Origin: Candidatus Bathyarchaeota archaeon
GTDB taxonomy: Archaea > Thermoproteota > Bathyarchaeia > TCS64
Length of the DNA: 64,000 nucleotides
Direction: 5' to 3'
NCBI GenBank assembly: GCA_963769425.1
Contig: CAVYLP010000006.1
Coordinates: 864,001-928,000, forward strand
The number at the start of each line of letters is the position of its first letter. Within the stretch, counting starts at the first letter, position 1. The notes below the pieces were generated by a model, which was not told where the DNA came from, did no database searches, and worked only from the letters and a program-made list of their open reading frames with translations. A program made the position numbers and the translations under genes. This document shows, piece by piece, positions 59,024-64,000 of the stretch.

Positions 59024-60895
59024 TTAAACGAAGACTATGGGGGGCAGGGAATCCTTCCCCGTCCTAACCTTAAGCTCCTGAAGCTCCCGTTTCTGCTGGT
59101 TGAGTACATCCCAGAACTCCCTAGGCATGTTAGGTTCATCTTTGTAGAGCTGCTCCATCCTCGCGATCTTCTCGAGGTAGTTAGAGACGCGTATACTGAA
59201 CTGTTGGATGTATTCCTCCTCCACGTAGTCCCTCTTGAAAACCGTCTTGAAGAGTTGCTTGAGGTCCTTGTAATGAGGGATCAATCCAATGGGAGTCTTT
59301 ATGGCGTCGTAGTCCCCCTTGACGCGGCCCTCCGCCCAGATGACCCAGATCTTCTTGTCTAGCTTCGTGTTCGTGTACTTGCCCTCGTGGCGGAGGAAGT
59401 AGTTGGTTGAGTATACGCGTGGTTTGTGCTTGAGCTTCTTCCCGAATTTGATGTGGTTGGTGAGATAGGTTGAGAGTGGGACGACTACGAAGTCCATGTT
59501 CGCCATCGGGTCCTGCCTGCGCACACCTGTCTTGCCGATGATTGCTGTGGTCGTCTCGGACTCGAGGGTCGCCCCGATGTAGACGCCGTGCTCCCAGCTC
59601 AGCGCCTCCGCGATTGGGACGTTCGTGTCTGAGTCTCGGCCACCATAGAATATGCCTTCGACGACGACGCCAACTGGGTCATTGTACTTAGGGTCGACGT
59701 TCTCAAGCTCGCTTAGGCGCATAGTGTAGCGGGCGTTGCCATGGGCGAAGGGGATCTCGTTACCGTCCTTGTCCTTCTTCCCCTTGAACCAGTCCCCACT
59801 GAAGTTGACACCCTTGTCAGGGATCTCATTCTTTCCCATTCCGAGCCAGTATGGAACCCCCTCGGAGACGAGGACGTTGCTGAAGATTAGCTCCCTCGGG
59901 GTTGTGAGGCTCTTGTAGATTAGAGGGTCGTCCACAGGATTAACGTCCTGTATGATCCCGAAGATGCCCTGTTCTATGTTGACGCCCCTACAATTACCCT
60001 CTTTGTCCTCCTTGAGGTACGCTATATCGTCCCCCACGATACTCTGCCCGGGGATCATGGCTGTGCTCGTTTTACCACAGGCGCTAGGATATGCGCCGGC
60101 GAAGTAGGTGACCCTACCCTTACCTGGTGGGTGGACACCCATGAGAAGCATGTGCTCCGCCAGCCAGTCCTCGTGGTTCGCCTTATAGATGGCGAGTCGA
60201 AGAGCCAGCTTCTTGAGTCCCACGCTGTTCCCAGCGTACTGGTTGTTCACCGAGTAGACCTTTCCGTCGGTGACATCTATGTAGATGCGGCGGTTGCCGT
60301 AGTTCTTGGTGACCTTTCTGTCGTCGAGTTCACCGGCCGAGTGGAGGAATGTGAAGAAGTCCTTACCACCATTGAGTCTCCTGAACTGCTCGAATCCCTG
60401 CCTGTAGAGGAGGTCCTCGCTATGGGAGACGTAAGCGGAGTCCGTTACCTGCATTGCACAGATACTGAAGCGGCTGTTCGTCGGGCCGAGGCTGTAGAAC
60501 TTCACGATCATGGCCTTTCCCCTCATGCAGCCGTCCATGAGGCCGAGTATCTCCTTAAGCCCCTCCTCTCTCCCTATGGTGTTGATCTTCTTGCTCAGAC
60601 TCATCCCTGGTGGCGTGAGGACCTTCGTGCTACCCGTGTCGCGGGCTAGGTCATAGTAGCCATCGAAGTGGATCGTGTGCCCCTTCAATTTCAGTGGCTT
60701 TTCTTCACCAGTCTCAAGGGCGAGTTCTCGGATGCGTTCGACTTCTGACTGAGTCTCGCCAAGAACCATGACGCTTAACGGCTTACATAGAGCCACGAAG
60801 GATTGAAGCTGGTCTATCACGTGCTGGTTGCCGAGGGACTCCAGGTTCTCTCGGCTCTTCTCATCCAGGACTTTAACGAGGGTGTCCGGGATCAT
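59024..60895 (-). CDS. pckG: Phosphoenolpyruvate carboxykinase (GTP)
   Basis: YAGNSVGLKK, WLAEHM, PSACGKTSTAM, VGDDIA, GGRDSDT. Confidence 0.95.
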   Translation of the reverse strand: MIPDTLVKVLDEKSRENLESLGNQHVIDQLQSFVALCKPLSVMVLGETQSEVERIRELALETGEEKPLKLKGHTIHFDGYYDLARDTGSTKVLTPPGMSLSKKINTIGREEGLKEILGLMDGCMRGKAMIVKFYSLGPTNSRFSICAMQVTDSAYVSHSEDLLYRQGFEQFRRLNGGKDFFTFLHSAGELDDRKVTKNYGNRRIYIDVTDGKVYSVNNQYAGNSVGLKKLALRLAIYKANHEDWLAEHMLLMGVHPPGKGRVTYFAGAYPSACGKTSTAMIPGQSIVGDDIAYLKEDKEGNCRGVNIEQGIFGIIQDVNPVDDPLIYKSLTTPRELIFSNVLVSEGVPYWLGMGKNEIPDKGVNFSGDWFKGKKDKDGNEIPFAHGNARYTMRLSELENVDPKYNDPVGVVVEGIFYGGRDSDTNVPIAEALSWEHGVYIGATLESETTTAIIGKTGVRRQDPMANMDFVVVPLSTYLTNHIKFGKKLKHKPRVYSTNYFLRHEGKYTNTKLDKKIWVIWAEGRVKGDYDAIKTPIGLIPHYKDLKQLFKTVFKRDYVEEEYIQQFSIRVSNYLEKIARMEQLYKDEPNMPREFWDVLNQQKRELQELKVRTGKDSLPPIVFV

Positions 60896-61036
60896 GAACC
60901 ATCATTTGATGTACGGTACTCCCCCGATAAGTGTAACGGTGGAGACACATACGCGGGAAAATGCCCCAGATGGGGCGCGACGAATAGTTTCTCAAACCAT
61001 AATGTCTATCAACTCAGCGGGTTCCTTCATACATCC

Positions 61037-61912
61037 TTGGAACTATCGGATCGAGTGCCGCCGGAGTTGGGCGCGTACTTCGCCAACGTCCGCATGGGTG
61101 ACTGGGGAGGATACATCCTCATATCCATCCTAGGTTACATGCTGGGACTAGACTTAGCCAACAGCTACCTCACCAATCTGCTTCTCGCTATTCCCTACTT
61201 CGCGGTGATTGCCTGCTACCTAGGTTTCTCATTCTCCATAAACAACTGCTTCGACTGCGAGGGAGACAGGCTCGGAATTAAGGCAACACGTAATCCTATC
61301 GCCCTGGAGAGGATCAGCGTCCGCTCCGGCTTCATCTTCTCCCTCCTCCTCGCGGCCGCAGGCCTCACCATAACAAGCCTCTTGCTTGGGTCAGGCCCCG
61401 CCCTACTATACCTCGTCATGTTGTCGCTTAGCGGCGCCTACTCCGCCCCTAAGCCGAGATTCAAGTCGGTCCCGGTCGTGGACATGCTCTCCCACGGGCT
61501 CTTCTTCGGCTCACTCATAGTCCTCTTCGGACTCACAGTCACGGGCGGCTCCAGTCCACAGACCCCATTCATCTGCGCTGGGATATTTCTGGCCTCGATC
61601 ATTGTGGAGCTCAACAATCAGATCGAGGACGCAACCGCTGATGCCGAGGCTGGGGTGAGGACGACAACTGTTACAGTCGGGCTACCCTGGGCGAAGAGGC
61701 TTTTCTCCGCCCTCCTAGCTGTCCACATAGTTGTGATGGTCTACATGCTCAGTCAACCCGGTGGTATTATCGCCACCGCTATTTCGGTCGGCTTCTTCAT
61801 GGTTCTTGCTTACAAGCTTTACATCGGCAAGGAGAGGAGGAGTTACTTCTTCCTAATCGAGAAGGTCACGCCGATAGTCTATTTCCTGTATGTTTTCTTC
61901 CTCATAATCTAA
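61037..61912 (+). CDS. UbiA-family prenyltransferase (start uncertain)
   Basis: INNCFDCEGD, YSAPKPRFK, NQIEDATADAEAG; multiple TM segments. Confidence 0.85.
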   Translation: MELSDRVPPELGAYFANVRMGDWGGYILISILGYMLGLDLANSYLTNLLLAIPYFAVIACYLGFSFSINNCFDCEGDRLGIKATRNPIALERISVRSGFIFSLLLAAAGLTITSLLLGSGPALLYLVMLSLSGAYSAPKPRFKSVPVVDMLSHGLFFGSLIVLFGLTVTGGSSPQTPFICAGIFLASIIVELNNQIEDATADAEAGVRTTTVTVGLPWAKRLFSALLAVHIVVMVYMLSQPGGIIATAISVGFFMVLAYKLYIGKERRSYFFLIEKVTPIVYFLYVFFLII

Positions 61913-62143
61913 GGAAAAGTCGAGGCTATTCAGCACTCTTAATGGGTTTCTTAGCTTTTTCCTCCCTATGGGGAAGGAAATCGAATATACCAATAACCGC
62001 GACAACAATCAAAACGGCGATCGCGATTATCATCGGATCGAGGTAAATCTCAGCCATGTGAGGAAATTTATCATAAATACTATTTAGCGTTTGGGGGAGA
62101 GGCAACAGTTAAGACTGAAGGAGTCTCATGTTCCCCGATCAAG

Positions 62144-63115
62144 ATGAGTGAAAAAGGTGTACTATCCCGGTTCTGGCTATGGGAACTTACACGCCCCGCC
62201 TTTGAGGACTGGCTCTCGAACGACTCCGCGCCGACTGTCATCATAGGCATCGGCGCCATCGAACAACACGCGGTTCACCTCCCACTTGGGTGCGATAGCA
62301 TCGGCGTCGCCCAGTTCATCCACGACGTGGCGGAGAAGACTAACAGCGTCTGCCTCCACCCAACTTGGGCAGGTTACAGCCCACACCACATGGAGTTCGC
62401 TGGTACAATCACGTATGGCCACGAGACGCTCCTCAACATCCTCCTCGACACAATCAGAAGCCTAGCATATCACGGTGTAAAGCGCTTCGTCTTAATCAAC
62501 TACCACGGCGGCAACGAGAACATAATGAACCTAGCCGCCCAGATAGCGAAGAGAGAGTACCGCGTCATGGTGGCGACCCCTCACGGACCAAACAACACAG
62601 AACTCTCCAAGAAGATCAGGGACCGGATGCAAAGGTACCTAGAGGTCCACAGCTGCGCCCGTGAGACAAGCTACGCCCTACACTACTTCCCCGAGCTGGT
62701 CGAGATGTGGCGCCTGGAGAACTGGGAGAACCCCACCATCATCCCCGACTATCTCCTTGAGTTCCTCAACCCCGACCGCCCAGACTACGAGATAGTCAGC
62801 CAGATATTCAACGCCAGCATCGGCCCCGACACAAACGACATCACCAAAACTGGTCAGTACAGCATCAACGACCCACGCGCCGCGACGAAGGAAGAGGGAG
62901 ACGCGATGGCTGCGGAGTCCACACAGTTCCTCATAGACTTCATAAACACGTGGAAGAAGCTGCCCACCCCACCCGCCTACCGCGACGAATGCGGCTGCGG
63001 CGATCCGAACTGCCACGAGGAGCACGGTGACGACTGCGACTGCGGGGGCGAGGGGCCATGCCACGACCACGAGGACGCCGAGGAGGGAGACGATCACGGA
63101 CACCATCATGCTTGA
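62144..63115 (+). CDS. Creatininase-family amidohydrolase with a Cys/His/acidic C-terminal tail
   Basis: GAIEQHAVHLPLGCD, SPHHM.F.GT, NYHGGN, HS...ETS. Confidence 0.88.
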   Translation: MSEKGVLSRFWLWELTRPAFEDWLSNDSAPTVIIGIGAIEQHAVHLPLGCDSIGVAQFIHDVAEKTNSVCLHPTWAGYSPHHMEFAGTITYGHETLLNILLDTIRSLAYHGVKRFVLINYHGGNENIMNLAAQIAKREYRVMVATPHGPNNTELSKKIRDRMQRYLEVHSCARETSYALHYFPELVEMWRLENWENPTIIPDYLLEFLNPDRPDYEIVSQIFNASIGPDTNDITKTGQYSINDPRAATKEEGDAMAAESTQFLIDFINTWKKLPTPPAYRDECGCGDPNCHEEHGDDCDCGGEGPCHDHEDAEEGDDHGHHHA

Positions 63116-63836
63116 GGAGCTAACCTGGCCCCTCGTCGAGAAGGCGCTGAAGGACGGGTACAAGACGATACTCGTCCCCGTGGGCTCCATAGAGCAGCAC
63201 GGTCACCACCTCCCCCTAGCCACCGACTCGCTTCTAGGTGAGGCCCTCTGCCGGCGCCTAGCCGAGAAGATGGGCAAGACCCTTGTTGCGCCGGTCATCA
63301 GGCCGGGTTGTAGCGTCCACCACATGGCATTCCCGGGGAGCCTCGACGTGAGCCCCGAGACACTGATGAGCGTGATAAGGGACGTCTGCTTCAGCCTCGA
63401 CCACCACGGCTTCGAGAACATCATCCTCATCCCCAGCCACGGCGGCAACTTCGCCCCGGTCGCCACGGTGACCCAGGAGATAGCGCCGAAGCTCAAGGCG
63501 AACCTCATAGCCATGGGGGACCTCATGGGCCTCATAGGCAAGATGCAAGAGGCAGCGGTCGAGATGGGGATACCCCGCGAGGCCGTCGGAGGCCACGCAT
63601 GCGCCGGGGAGACGAGCATCATCCTCGCTTACCGCCCCGATCTCGTCAGGATGAAGGACGCCAAACCCGGCTACATTGGACCCTTCACAAGCAAGTACCA
63701 GAGGAAGGGTTTCCGCGCAGTGACCCCAACCGGCGTCATGGGCGACCCCAGACCCTCCACAAAGGAGGCGGGGAAACTCATGATCGAGAAGATCACGGAC
63801 ATGTACCTCGCCGCCATAAGGCGGGAGCTGGAATAA
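63108..63836 (+). CDS. Creatininase-family amidohydrolase (MftE-like)
   Basis: GSIEQHGHHLPLATD, HHMAFPGS, SHGGN, HACAGETS, GVMGDP; overlaps the upstream stop. Confidence 0.9.
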   Translation: MLEELTWPLVEKALKDGYKTILVPVGSIEQHGHHLPLATDSLLGEALCRRLAEKMGKTLVAPVIRPGCSVHHMAFPGSLDVSPETLMSVIRDVCFSLDHHGFENIILIPSHGGNFAPVATVTQEIAPKLKANLIAMGDLMGLIGKMQEAAVEMGIPREAVGGHACAGETSIILAYRPDLVRMKDAKPGYIGPFTSKYQRKGFRAVTPTGVMGDPRPSTKEAGKLMIEKITDMYLAAIRRELE

Positions 63837-63890
63837 TCCCGGACCCTCCAAGTAACCCCTAATAAGGCACACACAGCCCTAGGAACTGCC

Positions 63891-64000
63891 ATGGACTACA
63901 CGGAGGCCTCCAAATGGTATCTCGGCTTGGAACGACTCGGCTCCAAACCCGGCCTAGAGACCATATCTGCGCTTCTTGAACGCCTCGAGTCACCTCAAAA
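63891..64000 (+). CDS. folC: Probable FolC (folylpolyglutamate synthase) N-terminus, truncated by the window edge
   Basis: MDYTEASKWYLGLERLGSKPGLETISALLERLESPQ fits the FolC N-terminal pattern. Confidence 0.65.
   Translation, partial: MDYTEASKWYLGLERLGSKPGLETISALLERLESPQ

Overview
Archaeal genomic window, most likely Bathyarchaeia (inferred from archaeal-type TyrRS, DnaG, SRP RNA, a NurA/HerA/Mre11/Rad50 set, GTP-PEPCK and many peptidase/aminotransferase paralogs). The GC-rich backbone carries a CBS+HPF hibernation-factor-like gene, a TrmH methyltransferase, a bacterial-type Ada, a nurA-herA-mre11-rad50 operon just downstream of the SRP RNA, MFS transporters, dnaG, class I GAPDH, tyrS and a large amide/peptide/amino-acid catabolic set including three AbgB-like paralogs. 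An accessory region spans about 36.0-50.7 kb. It contains a decayed abgB fragment, a 10-copy ~21-bp repeat array, small unannotated ORFs, an orphan antitoxin, and a ~13.2-kb segment bracketed by imperfect ~65-bp inverted repeats. That segment holds a probable Cas1 C-terminal remnant, redox cargo genes, a DUF932 gene, an AT-rich type I restriction-modification operon and a small zinc-ribbon gene, and is a candidate casposon-like relic. Two unannotated structured-RNA candidates were seen: a dnaG 5' leader and an H/ACA-like two-hairpin RNA at 22.3 kb. Several genes have single-base frameshifts that may be sequencing errors. All family calls come from motif recognition by eye, not from database searches.
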